Positions 22,346 to 35,770 of a stretch of 64,000 nt of DNA are shown in pieces. Each line of letters starts with the position of its first letter. The stretch's first letter is position 1. The stretch spans positions 1,860,001-1,924,000 of the forward strand of contig NC_043002.1 of NCBI RefSeq assembly GCF_006345805.1. The letters are read 5' to 3'. The position numbers and the translations under genes are program-made. The stretch is from Octopus sinensis. Its lineage: Eukaryota. The notes below the pieces were generated by a model. The model saw nothing but the letters and a program-made list of their open reading frames with translations. It did no database searches and had not been told where the DNA came from.

Positions 22346-25156
22346 AGATTCGAAATGACACAGAAATGATAATTTCGGGCGACCAAGAAAATCAGCTGCA
22401 TCGATCAATCGCCGAAAATGGATCTGTTTTGTCTAATTTCTTCACTATACTGTTCTATGCTGTTTTCGTATTTGCATCTTATTCTAAGTCTTCTCACTTG
22501 TATTTCTAGCCTCTCCCATTTCATTTCTTCTTACTTTCTCTCCACTTCCTCTCTGTCGCATTCTCCCTCTCTCTCCTCTACCTGTTACTGACACGTGACC
22601 CGTGGTCAGCTTTCCTTCTTTTTATTTCTTTTTCACACCGGCCGCCCAGCCATTTAGTTGCAAAAACATTTCTCTGTCTTCCTGTTTCCATATCCTTTAA
22701 GATTTCTTGCGAATGTATTTGTTGTATAGCTTAAAAACCCCATCTCGTGGTTACGATGTTTAGCAAACCCTGAATACCAGCAAAAGGCTCTTGCTTCCAT
22801 TTTTTTTTTTTTTGGCATCCTCCAACGAGGACGGAAAAAGTCACGAACTTTCTAGATTCTTGTTTTCACTCTGAAGTTTTGGGATTTCTTGCAAGGAAAA
22901 TTCAGATAATAATCTCTGTGTGGATTTGGCAGAGAAGGTTTATAAACACGAGACCGAACGAATATAATAGATTCACAAACGCAACAGATACTCTCTGCAT
23001 CTCTATCAGAATTGACCTCTAATCACGTGCGGCCCTAATCCAGTTAAACGCACAAATGATAGTACAGATAACTTCAAATGATTTTTGTTCTGACCGATTT
23101 CGATATTATTAATGTTTAAATTGAAGAAAAGGAGTATTAAACTTCAAATCATTAGTTTAATCATATTATTAGTTGATCATTACTAAACATTAGGAAGTAC
23201 ACACGTTTATAATTTCGTTACAAACATTCATACTTTTAGGGGAGATAATTGAAGTTTCGTGTGTTTTTGGTTTTCTTTTTGTAAAGTGACATTAAAGCAC
23301 TAAGTCTGAAATTCTATGACATCGTTATGGACTCACGAGTCAACACGCTTGAAGACCACTTCTTTTTTTTTTCGTCTAGTGACGTAAGGCTAGAGGATAA
23401 TTAAAAGAAAGCAAATAATAATATGTAATTTTGTGATTTCTAAACTGAAATGCAAGTCAAAGGAACGCGAAACTTCTCACTTGTACTCCATTTCAGATTC
23501 AGAAACCTGCAACGCAGAAGCCATTTCATCCTTCAGCAAGTACGACACCTGATGCTGTTTACTTGAGGGTGAAACGGCAACACCATTCAATTAACGAATA
23601 TCTTGTTAACTTGATGCCTTAGCTTCAAGATCTGTAAATGAATAAACTTAACAAACTCTCCACTTATTATTAAAGGGTTTTAATTTGTCACTTTCTTCAT
23701 AAAATTTTAAAACAGAACAGTAAATTGAGGACACGTACAGATTTTAAAGAATTCCAAAATGGCATATTTTCCCAATTCTGATATTACGAAGCGTTTGTCA
23801 CTATCACCACCTTATTTTAAAGATACCGGAGTTTTTAGATCAGAATTATAGAATGATATTGATTCATAATAAAAAAAAGTAAAAAGAGGAAATTTAGTTT
23901 AAAACTCTAGACTCTTCAATTCCTGAACAATTTATAGCAATATTCCTTAGAACATCAAGTGGTTGAATATACCTGTGATGCTCTTGCTGTTAGTGCCATC
24001 TCTACTGCTAAGTCAGTTTCAGAACATCTGTTATATTTATTTGGAATGTTCTTCAACATGGAAGCGCGTGAGCCAAGTATTTTACTAAACGCTTTCCATG
24101 CCACCACCAACATTCAACAATGGTACCTTGGCTAATTATCGTGAGTCCATTTGGTTTTTGGAAAGTAATACGTACTTATATTCTCGAATTAGGAGAACAA
24201 ATGTCCGGAAAAGCTGTGCAAAGCCAATTATTCTTTGCAGTCTCTTTAATAATAATGATAATCTCTTTCGAAGCAGGATGTGACATGGGAGTGTTATGCT
24301 CTGTAGAATTATTTAAGGTGAACGCGGCTGCAGTAACCACGTTGAGATGTGCTTAAAATGAGTCGGGATAATTGCTCCTATCTAAAGATGACAACTCAAT
24401 ATCTTTCGAAGGAGAAATGCCCTGAAGCCACAGGGAGATGGAAAACACTTTATCGTTCTATAAACGATTGTAATATATTGGCAAATTCTCTCTCTCTCCG
24501 TTGGCATCTATAGTTTTATTTCAAAGAAAGTATTAAAGGAATCGTTACTGCAAAGATATGGAAATATTTAATTATAGATCATGGTAGCTTATAGAAGTGA
24601 AATAAAGAGAAACGCCGGTGGATTATTTTCGATCTGACGCCATAATATATGAAAGATGTAAATATTTAATTGCAGCTGATTACATCCCAGCTGCAGAATG
24701 TTTCTTCGCAGTGTTCAACGCAGTGCCATGCAAGGACGATAGCTCTGTAATGAGTACATATTCAAAGGGAATTATTATCGCTAGATTGCTTGTTTCATCC
24801 GCAAATCAATGAACGTCTCAGAAATACTATTACGCTAACTAAATTACTATGACGGGTCAATGGCCGTCGTTTTCACACCGTTGCTCGGTCAGTTATAATT
24901 AACGGTAAAATAGGCTAAAAATCACATCACAGCATTTTTTTTAATATATAAAGCATAATCGGATTATCGGATAATGGATAATGTGGTTCTAAATGAAGTG
25001 TGAATCTGAAGACCTAGAACGCACTACACCTAGAAACAAGAAGGTAAAATCACAATTGCTTTGGTTTAGGACTACTGAATTAGGTGTTCATATACATAAG
25101 AGAAAGAGACAGAGAAAGACAGAGAGAGAGCGAGATACAAGCATACATACACGTGC

Positions 25157-25213
<57 letters not shown>

Positions 25214-26366
25214 TATATATACATATACATATACATATACACACGCATACACATATACACACACATACACATATATGCATATATATCAACAAGCAGAGAC
25301 GGGATTAAACTTAGACAAGTTAATTATTATTTATATCAATCGTCAGCAAATGTCTTTTTGTACGGACTACAATTTGTTAGATAATTATTATATAAGGAAA
25401 AAGAAGGACAACTGAAAGAAGCGGAACTTGATGATTGTTGCGGAAGAATGTTTAGATGAAAGTTTACTGGTCACACAGTTTTTAAAGTTTCCATGATATT
25501 TTAGAAGGATATTCATCATGAAAGTATGACGTCTCTGACGCAACCTTTTGCTTCTCTGTCAATTCTCTTCTGACAAGTTGTATTAGTTTGAAACGTTAGA
25601 TCTGAACGTATAATTTCTTTGAACAACCATTGTCTACATGAAAGATCACAATATTTGTATTTACTTAATGTATGTAGGATAATCTGTAACTTGAGTAGAG
25701 TTACTTTAAAAGACACACGAATGTTTAAATAAGCACAGACACCCACACGCAGACAGACACAAACGGGCCTATGTGGACACACAGACACACAGAAATAGAC
25801 ATATAAAAGTAGATAAGAGGAAGAAGAAGACAAAAAAGAGGGGAGAGAGAGAGATGGGGAGGGGAGAGGGAGAAGTTGAAAGTGAACTGGACATTGACCA
25901 GTGAAAGAAGAACGAAGTGGGGAAGTTTGAATAAAATAAAAGAAAGAGGAAGGAATGGAAAAGTGCGCTTGAAAGAACAACAGGGCAGATGTGAAGCAGT
26001 AAAGGAATGAAAATGTAGAGAAGGAATGGTGGGGGTGGAGAAAGAAATAGGAGAAGAATATCTAAGGAAACGTTTGTGGAAGAGGGATGGGTTACGGTGT
26101 GGCTAAGAAGGGGTTTTAGAAATGGAATACAAAGGTTGAATTTTGAGTGTGTAGCCAACTCCAAAAACAAGGGTGTGTCTTTAAAAGTGATTGTGAATGT
26201 GAGCGAGCACGGGTAAGTGTATTAAGAGTGTGAAGAAATGGATAAATACGAATGTTCTTTGGGGGAGTCATAATAGATATGAAAGAAAAGCAAATGTGGA
26301 ATTTGAAAATAATGAAAAGATAACAGACATAGGACCTGGTGCAGCTTCATTATATATATATATATT

Positions 26367-26490
26367 ATCGATACCAGGAGAGTTAAAGACAAAGTTGACT
26401 ATGAAGGGATTTGAAATCAGAACATAAACCGTCAGAAGAAATGCTGGCAAGAATAGATTGTTTAACGCCCTAACAATTCCGCCATCCATC
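26367..26490 (-). mobile_element. SINE family 2, diverged fragment
   Basis: ATCGATACCAGGAGAGTTAAAGACAAAGTTGACTATGAAGGGATTTGAAATCAGAAC aligns to 36955-37010. Confidence 0.55.
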
Positions 26491-26525
26491 AATATTTTAC
26501 CGTTGTGAGATTTAGAAAGACCAAC

Positions 26526-26623
<98 letters not shown>

Positions 26624-27065
26624 TGTATATATATATATGTGTGTGTCTATGTATATATATATATATATGCAAAGACACTAAGAAAATATATTTCATATAG
26701 GTCTAGGTTTAATTACATAAGCAAGACATAACTTAGACAGAACTTGCTTTTTCAATAGCTTTACTTTCCATTCACCATTTTATTTCATAATAATACCTCC
26801 ACAGAAGAAGAAGAATTCATTTCATGTTCGGTGAGCTCCATACTTTTTACAAAAATTGCCCTCGTTATATTTGTGTGATATTTATTTCTGTTATTACTAC
26901 ATAACTCATTTCAGTGAGTTGGTTTCGCATCGGTTTTAGTGTTCAATTTAGTTCAGCAAAAAATCCTATGTTGACAGTCTTTTTATTAGGAAAATACTGT
27001 CGCAGACGTCACTATCTCTTCAAATTTTACCGTATTTACGCTGTTAAGTTCTATATATATATGGG

Positions 27066-27115
<50 letters not shown>

Positions 27116-27124
27116 CACAGACAC

Positions 27125-27157
<33 letters not shown>

Positions 27158-27289
27158 TGAAGACAAGGAAATATGGAAATGGACAGCGGAAATTGAAGTA
27201 AAAATCGAAGACATAGTTATAACTGCTGGTAGCATAAACAGAGCTGCAGATTGAGCAAAAGGATTTAATAGAAGCATACAGGTCTTTTA

Positions 27290-27490
27290 TCTTATACTTT
27301 TTTACTTGTTTCATTCACTGTTCTGTGGCCATTCTGGAGTACTACCTTGCAGGATTTTGTTGAAGAAATTAATCCCAGTATGTATTTGTTAAGCATCGTA
27401 CGCATTATATCGGCCTTTTGCCGAACCGCTAGGTAACGGGGACGTGAACGAAACAATGTCGGGTTTCAAGTGGTGGAGGAGGACCAACAC
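27290..27490 (-). mobile_element. SINE family 1, diverged 3' half
   Basis: TTTTACTTGTTTCA..TGTGGCCATTCTGGAG..TTTTGCCGAACCGCTAGGTAACGGGGACGT. Confidence 0.65.
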
Positions 27491-27544
27491 AAATGCATGC
27501 ACAAACACACCTATAGTTATACACATCTACACATACATACATAC

Positions 27545-27657
27545 AAAAATACCTTGTTGTTGATGTTGAAATTCCAATGAAGGAGCCTTGGATCGAGACG
27601 AGAAACCGGCTCTTCCTCTATTGACGAGAAATCTTAAAATATAATTGAACAATGATA
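27545..27657 (+). mobile_element. About 110-bp short element embedded in (CATA)n; second copy at 63563-63671
   Basis: CATAC|AAAAATACC...GATGTTGAAATTCCAATGAAGGAGCCTTGGATC...GAAACCGGCTC...GAACAATGA|TATACATAC. Confidence 0.7.
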
Positions 27658-27872
27658 TACATACACATACATACATACATACATACATACATACATACAT
27701 ACATACATACATACATACATACATACATACATACATACATACGTACATGCATAGATACATATATATACAGTTATTTTTATTAGAAACTTTTACTGATTAG
27801 CCATATAACGGCTTTATTGCTTGCCGGTCATCGATATAATTTTTGTTGTTATTATTAATTATTTATATATTT

Positions 27873-27894
27873 ACTGCTAATAATAATAATAATG

Positions 27895-27952
<58 letters not shown>

Positions 27953-27968
27953 TAATAATAATAATAAT

Positions 27969-28041
<73 letters not shown>
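27873..28041. repeat. (TAA)n microsatellite
   Basis: Direct reading. Confidence 0.95.
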
Positions 28042-28530
28042 TTGGACTTAGCAAAAAAGTGATACGAACATAAACCCGAATGCACCGTTGAAAATAGAAA
28101 TGCAAAGATCCTATGGGATTTTATGACTCAGTGCGGCCATGAGATAGCGAATTATGAAGCCAAACATAGTGTTAATTGAGAAAGAAAGCAAACGATGCAG
28201 GATCATAGATATAGCATGTCCAGATGGCAAAGAGGTATGCGACAAGGAAGAAAGAAAAGTCGATAGATATGACAGATTAGCTTGGTAGGTTAAGCAGTTG
28301 TGGTCGAGGAAAAAGGTAGTACCAATAACTGTCGGAGCCCAGGGAACAATGAGTAAAAACTTTGAGAAGTACATGGGACAAATATGGACTGCAAAAATAG
28401 TGGAGCACCTGCAAAAAAGAACACTGCTTGGAACCACTCGAAAACTAAGGGGTGTTACCTAAGTTCACTGGTCGTGAACCGCTGACATTGTAGTACATCT
28501 CCAGCGTTAGAAGCTGTGCAAAGACAATAA
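28042..28530 (+). mobile_element. Dong/R4 3' fragment (RLE domain plus 3' UTR), different subfamily
   Basis: HKPECTVENRNAKILWDF, KPNIVLIEKESKRCRIIDIACP, VVPITVGAQG, LQKRTLLGTTRKLR; (TAA)n on the 5' side, TAATAATGATAAT on the 3' side. Confidence 0.85.
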
Positions 28531-28581
28531 GATAATAATGATAATATCTATATGAATATAGATTCGAAAACTTACTCCTTC

Positions 28582-28633
<52 letters not shown>

Positions 28634-28646
28634 CCTATTTTAATAA

Positions 28647-28995
28647 TTCCTCCTGGAAATTATCTTGAGATGTATAATATATTTGTTGTAATCTTTTGTG
28701 CCCATTATTTCAATGAGCTTGTAAAACTTTTTTATATTCTCAACATACTCTTGTCACCAAAGAATGTATATTTATATGGATTATAGTACTCTGTGTCGAC
28801 CAATATTCTGTGCATGTTTGAATATACAGATACAATACCAATACCAATATCAATTCTTTCTGGAGACTATCTTAAGCATGTCCTTGAGAACGATTATTTA
28901 TGTAGTAATCTTTTGTGCCCAATATTTTAAGGAACTTGTTGAACTTTTTTATGTCCTTAACATGTCCCTGTTACCAAAGACTGTATATATGTAAT
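28647..28995. repeat. Diverged direct duplication, about 205-bp period
   Basis: GTAATCTTTTGTGCCCA...AACTTTTTTAT...CTGTYACCAAAGA occurs at about 28685 and 28905. Confidence 0.7.
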
Positions 28996-29826
28996 GTAGC
29001 AATTTGCAACAACCAATAATTAACGCAACCAAACTTCTACATGTTACTTTTGGCAATCTTTTTCCAAAGAGTGAAACCGGTAAAGTAAATAAACATCTTT
29101 TAAGTTGCATTTTCAAACCTTCTTTCGTATATAATTCCACTCGTGCGGTACCCCACAACTCCACTTTGTTATATATATATAATACGTAAAGAGCATGAAA
29201 TACGAAATACGAAAACATGAAATACGAAGAAAAACTTTTGCATGCGAACAACGAACGAAAGAAGTGGAAAAGAAGGCAAGTAACATAAAGAAGGACCCTT
29301 CATCAGTTGTCAGCTGTTCATCTGCTCCACATTTCCAGCAATTCACGATAATATGCGCCTTCGAGAAAACAAAATAAATTTGGAATATACGAAGTGTCAA
29401 AGTTGGTAACTTAAACAGGACAGTGAAAACAAACAGTGAGGGCCACTAAGTCATACGCGGTAAGGTGGCGAACGCTGGAGGAACAATCTTTGGCAGGAGA
29501 AAAGATAGGAGAGGAGACAGACAAGAATGCGTCTGGTCTGTGACAGACCGAAAGAGAAGAAAGATGATCACGTAGGGAAAAGAAAGATGGACGATGGTCA
29601 CGTGTGAGCAAGGAGAGAGTAAAGGAGGAAGAGGGAGAGAGAGGGACAGATAGAAAACGGTAAAGGGGAGAAAAAAGAATTAGAGAAAGGAAGACAGAGA
29701 AAACAAAAGAGGGGAGGGTGAGAAAAACAGTACTAGACAGGGTCGCATCAAAATTATAAAGAGAAACTTACTTGGAGATGGATGCGTGGCGTTCAATCAT
29801 ATAATAATATAAATAATATATATATA

Positions 29827-30018
29827 TATATTAGAAGAAATGAGGTACTCAGAAATTCGGATGGCTTTATATTTACAGATATTTATTTGTATATTACATG
29901 TTTTTATACATCATATATGATATATGTTATATGATGTATAAAAACATGTAATATACAAATAAATATCTGTAAATATAAAGCCAGCCGAATTTTTGAGTAC
30001 CTCATTTCTTCTAATATA
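29827..30018. repeat. Inverted repeat: 91-bp arms, 10-nt loop
   Basis: 29827-29917 vs 29928-30018, 2 mismatches; starts in (TA)n. Confidence 0.95.
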
Positions 30019-31139
30019 AAATACCTGTACATCATCTCCAAACCTTCTAATATATATATGTGTATATGTACGGAAAAATTCCCAAGCCTTCCTCTCCAAT
30101 AAACCACTATTATTCCTGAAAAGTGTTTTTTATACACTTGACCGAGGTTCCCAGCGGTGGGTCTAAACCTAGAGCCACGCCATTGGGAAGCTAATGTCTT
30201 AACACACAACAAACCATGTGTGGCATTCTATATTTTCGCGGCCATTATATGTCATTGTTCCTCTAAATACGAATTGTTTTCATTTTCATAAACAATTTCC
30301 TATTAAAATTTATTTTCCTTATATTTTCGCTATATGTATTTTTATTATTAGTATAATGAACTTGTTTGTTAATTTGAAATTGCTTTTTAATGTTGATTTC
30401 TGTTGTTAGAGATCTTTGCACAAATGTTTTACAGGAAATTACTGTAATAAACATTTCCCCGTCTTCGCCGTACTTCCCGTTGCAATTTTCGAACTATTAC
30501 AGCTGATGTATTAAAACAATGATTTCTGTTCAGGCATTTTCTCTCTTCGCAGTAAATTGACGGATGCTTCATGCGAGTTAATGCACTGCTTAGTCTTCTA
30601 GAAATACGAGTCTGTGTCTGGAGAACACGAGGGTTTGCTGAAGAGTACCTGGTTTGAAGGGTATCGCGAAAGGCCTGTGGGGAAGAGCTGCAATAAGTGT
30701 GGGAATCTGAGAAGGGAATGTGTTGAATAAAATCATAATTAACTGATCCTCCTCCTGTGTTTTCTTTTACGCAGTTCCAGGAACTTTTCAGCGCCCCCTC
30801 GCATATATTTAATACCTTAATATGGTTTAATCCTCATCTTTCTTTACATCTTGCCTTCCCTTATACACCATTATACTATTTCTCTAAACGGGAGGTTATT
30901 TAAGTTTTTATCGAGTTCTTAGTTCCGATATTTTATGCGGAAAATGTTACGCTCTTCAAGATTGCGACTTATTTTTATCGTTACTACAAGTATATAGACA
31001 TATTAGGCTTATACAACAACAACGACAACAACAATGATAATGAGAAGCATTATTACGAATTAGCATTAGCATTATGTTTAATTCATTTTTATGTATAAAT
31101 ACAGAGAGACAAACAGAAAGATAGTAACAAAGAAGTTGA

Positions 31140-31179
31140 CCACAGACAGACAGACAGACAGACAGACATACAGACAGAC

Positions 31180-31239
<60 letters not shown>

Positions 31240-31240
31240 G

Positions 31241-31293
<53 letters not shown>

Positions 31294-31315
31294 GTAGATA
31301 GACAGATAGATAGAC

Positions 31316-31394
<79 letters not shown>

Positions 31395-31404
31395 CAGACA
31401 TACT

Positions 31405-31439
<35 letters not shown>

Positions 31440-31483
31440 GATAGATAGATAGATAGACAGACAGACTGATAGATAGATAGATG

Positions 31484-31566
<83 letters not shown>
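31140..31566. repeat. (GACA)n/(GATA)n microsatellite
   Basis: Direct reading. Confidence 0.95.
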
Positions 31567-31567
<1 letters not shown>

Positions 31568-33980
31568 TGTTTCTTTATTAGCCACACAGAGCTGCACACA
31601 GACAGAACAAATTACAAGGTAGAGCTTTTCTTTTTGGGGTAAAAAAAGGGGGTTGGTTTTCGATCAAAAGGGATCGTAAAAGGAAAGAAAGAGGACAAAA
31701 AACGGGGAGGATTTTTAAAAAAAGGGGGGGGAGAAAGAAAAAAAAGGGGAGAGGGAAAAAAAGTTGATCAATAGGGATCGTAATCACAGAAATGTCAAAA
31801 TGAAGTGTAAAGGGGAGGACAGGTGAGGTTTACCCGTGGAAGGAAAAGCCTACGGAAAAGACCACGGTAACCTCGATCAATGAAGTCACATGTTATATTT
31901 CTTTTTCTTTTTTTTTCCAAATAAGCAACTCTGTATTAATTTTTACGGTTCATAGAATCATAGTCAAGGTGGCTTCGTCATTCATACGTGCCATCCTTGC
32001 TACATTCACCCATCTTTTTTTAAAACATTCACTAGACAAAACTTGCCTCTCTACTCTCACTTTCCTCTTCAAGTGATACTTGAAGAAGTTGATGAGAGAT
32101 TGACCAGAGAGGAAAGTGTTTGTCTCTAATCCTTTCAGGCGCGTCCACCAGATACATTCTTTCGCCATAGCCACAAGTATGATGAAAATAGCTCTTCCTT
32201 CCCGTTTGAAGGAAGGAGGCGTGACGATATTAACGATAGACTCGGCTGATAAACCGACACGTCCCACACGTGACAGCAGTCGTTCGACATAAGCCCACAG
32301 GTCGGAAATTGGTGGACACTGCACGATTGCGTGCAGAGCGGTTTCGTCGCTCTGCCCGCATCTCGGGCAGGTCGGCCCCGTGTTTCTCGAGCCATGCCTA
32401 TAGAGCTTATCCCGAACGGGTAGCGCTTCTCGGTAGCACCGCCAGGCCAGGGATCTCTGGAAGTTGTCCATAGGTCCCGGACCGAAAGTCGTTTGAAACA
32501 GGCGGGTCAGGTATTCCTCGTCGACGCTCAGGCTCGCCCCGAGATCGTCGTCGTACCTCCCCTCCACTAATCCCCTATAGAATGTTTTGGTTGTGTTGAA
32601 GTCACTCAAGGTCGACCCGGGACGGCAGAGTTGCTTGAGAGCAACGCGACACTCGCGGTGCCATTCGCCCTTCCTCGGCCTCTTTTTGATCCACTACTGC
32701 AGTTCGGTCATGGAGACGAGTTGCGGGAATGCGTGCCTCACAAACGGCGACCACACCTGTTCACCGTCGTTTACATAGATCCGGAGATGTCGCAGTCTCA
32801 GCGCGTGTCTGCGCATCATCAACCACGGCATGCCCAGCCCTCCTTTTAACGGGTGTTGACAGCAAATGGATCGCCTGACCATCGGGACGCATCCTTTCCA
32901 CAAGAAGCGGAAGAGAATGCGTTCTAGTTTGGTGATGGTAGGGTCGGGACAAGGTACGACGGTCAGGCGGTAGTAGATGATGGACGCGATGTACGTTTTC
33001 GCCACCTCCGCCCGACCTTTTAGGGACAGTTTCCTCTCGGCCCATTGCTGGGCGAGAGTGACCACCCTACTCGTTATCTCGTTCCAGTTCTTCTCCATTT
33101 GAAGGTCCGGACCGAACCAGACCCCGAGCAACTCAACCGGGCCGTCTGTCCAGCGTCCCACGACGGAGGTACTGGTGGACGGCATGGGCTTGCTTCTCCA
33201 GGTGCCGAGCCGCAAGCCCACTGACTTTTCCCGGTTGAGTTTTGCTCCTGTCACCGCTTCGTAGTCTTTCAGTGTCTCGCCGACCCGCTCGATGTGCTCT
33301 TGGCTTGACACTATGACGGTGACGTCGTCCGCGTATGCAGACACGCTCGTTCCGCATCCCAATTATCGCGGGATGCCCCTCAGAGTCGCCAGCTTCCGCA
33401 GTAGTGGCTCAAGAGTCAATACGTATAGAAGCGCCGAGAGGGGGAATTCCTGACGGACCGAACGTGCAATGTCGAAAGGTCTCGATAGATGTCCATTTAC
33501 GCGAATTACCGAACGGATGCCTCTGTACAAGGCAGCTATCCAGACGTGAAAGAGGGGACCGAAACCAGCCGCTCTCAGGACTGCCTCCAAGTATCGATGG
33601 TCTACCCTATCGAAGGCTTTCGATTGATCCAAGTTGATCAGGGCCCCACCCATGCCAAGTCCGTTAACTACCCTGTCTATGATGTAGCGCATCAGATGGA
33701 GGTTGTCATGGATGCTCCGGCCCGGCACAGCGCACGTTTGTGCGTTGTCGACCAGTTTCTCGATGACAAGCGCCAACCTCTTGGCTAACACCTTTGTCAA
33801 AATTTTCAGGTCTGCATTGAGCAGAGTGATTGGTCTAAAGTTATCTATAATGTTCCCCTTGTTTGGATCTTTCTTCAGCAGTGTTACAGCTCCTCGACTC
33901 ACAAAACCGGGTATGCTCCCGTTTTGCTGCCAGTTGCAGTATACCACTGCCAAGACGTCTCCAAACAAGTCTGGCATACA
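31567..33980 (-). mobile_element. Tx1/L1-group LINE, 5'-truncated at the start of RT, with (TCTA)n on both flanks
   Basis: One frame 33977 to 31950 with two premature stops (33363, 32694): NFRPITLLNAD, INLDQSKAFDRVDH, AYADDVT, LSLKGRAEV, CPRCGQSDETALHAIVQC; 3' UTR ends AATAAAGAAACATA|TCTATCTA. Confidence 0.93.
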
Positions 33981-33999
33981 ATAGATAGATAGATAGATG

Positions 34000-34066
<67 letters not shown>
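33981..34066. repeat. (GATA)n microsatellite (5' flank of the Tx1)
   Basis: Direct reading. Confidence 0.95.
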
Positions 34067-34070
<4 letters not shown>

Positions 34071-34099
34071 AGAGAGTGGGAGAATAGGACTGAGATGGT

Positions 34100-34265
34100 C
34101 CGGGTGATATTTGGCTTATCATTAATTTTCCGCCGAGGTCGACGTTACCTTTCATATTTTCGGGGTCATTAAATTAGGTACCAGTCATGTACTGGACTCA
34201 ATACAATCACCTTGTCTCCTCCTTCTAAATTTCAGGCTTTGTGTCTTTCGTAGAAAAGATTATTA
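34100..34265 (+). mobile_element. SINE family 2, diverged
   Basis: TTCCGCCGAGGTCGACGTTACCTTTCATATTTTCGGGGTCATTAAATTAGGTACCAG. Confidence 0.6.
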
Positions 34266-35339
34266 ATTTTGACTTTTGTCATTTGCTACCATGTTAATTA
34301 GTACTTTTGTAGCACGATAATTTCTTATTAATAGTATCGTTAATACATGTAATTATGACTTTAGAGCAATTGGTCCCATGCAATTAATACTATTGTGAAT
34401 CATTAGAAGAACTTCACATTGCTAACATGTTCTAAAAGAAATGGCTTATTGCAAGCTTTCACCTAATGATCAGAGACTTTAGTTTTCTAAAGAAATGAAA
34501 AACATCGTGGGACTTTCCTTTTTGTGACTATGAGCATAAATATCTAGATAAATGACAATATCATTATTTCTTTACCGAACTGTCATTTCACAAATGGAAC
34601 AGGCTTTTGCGGGTGATATTTCATTTCCAGCAGTTTGCCACTGGCCAGTCCGTAACGGTGCGCGGACGCAGGACATGTTTAAGTATTGAGTAAATGCGTT
34701 TTATTGAAAAGAGAAATTTATTTTCGCTCCTTGAATCTAACCAAAACCGTGATTGAATTCTATGCCTGCTACACCACTCTGATTACGACTCGACACAGAG
34801 TAGTCTTTGTTGATCGCTATCGCCATGCTGAGACACGAGGTGACGTCAGATGCTTTGAATCAGGAGACGTTTAAACATGGCGATGTTCATCCAACCACAT
34901 TGAACCAACATCGCCAATACTATCGGCAGTGATTACACATCATTCAACTGAGCGCCGATCTACACAATGGCACCGAATGGGCATCTCTTCACGGTGAGGA
35001 AGATTAAATTAAATATTACATCATAGGCTCTGTTAAAAACAATATTTCTAAATGTTGTTTTTTTATGTATGACAGTATAAGCGTGTGTGTATGTCTCATG
35101 TATATGTTTATATACAGGAAATTTAAAGTTTTGCGAGGTTTAAACGCTATAATTTATTGTTGTTTCTTTCTGCTATATGGATGGAATTTAACAACACAAT
35201 TAATTGCATTAACGCTTCTCTGTTATACTATAACTGGCACTACGTCAGTTACGACGACGAAGGTTCTAGTTGATCTGATCAATGGAACACTTGGCTAGTG
35301 ACATTAACATGCAAGTGGCTGAGCACTCGACAAACAGAG

Positions 35340-35770
35340 AAGAAAGATAACCACCAATCGTAACTCCACAGAAAAAGGGAAACATATTGTATCGTGTGTA
35401 ACTGCAGACGTAAAAACGAATGCAGTTTTAATAACAACTGCATAAGGAATGTAGTGTACAAATGTGAGATGAAGGTGAATGCGCCGAAATGTGTGTACAT
35501 TGGTAGTATCGCAGACTCCATGAAAAATCGTCTGAGAAACCACCTTTAATCGTTTTTCCACATACTCGTCGAACCTCATCTGGAGACTAAAACAGAATGG
35601 AGTAGAATATACAACCCACTGGTCCATTATATAAAATAAATGCTGCACCATATAACGGGACTTCAAGTGAATGCATCATATGCGTTGAAGAAACCCGGGA
35701 CATAATCACATCCAGGGAAAATGTAATAAATAGACATTCTGAGATGGTCATATCCAGCGGAAGCAGAGGA
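35340..35770 (+). mobile_element. Penelope-like element GIY-YIG endonuclease remnant
   Basis: From 35397 CNCRRKNECSFNNNCIRNVVYKC..VYIGSIADSMKNRLRNH; then LIWRLK..HWSII and PYNGTSSECIICVEE..INRHSE, with frameshifts. Confidence 0.75.

Noticed and set aside
23951-24068. Open stretch EHQVVEYTCDALAVSAISTAKSVSEHLLYLFGMFFNMEA as an exon
   Set aside because: Modest splice signals, no recognisable homology, and a comparable open frame on the opposite strand.
32135-33984. GC-rich plus-strand and alternative-frame ORFs over the Tx1
   Set aside because: Shadow ORFs of the minus-strand LINE coding sequence.
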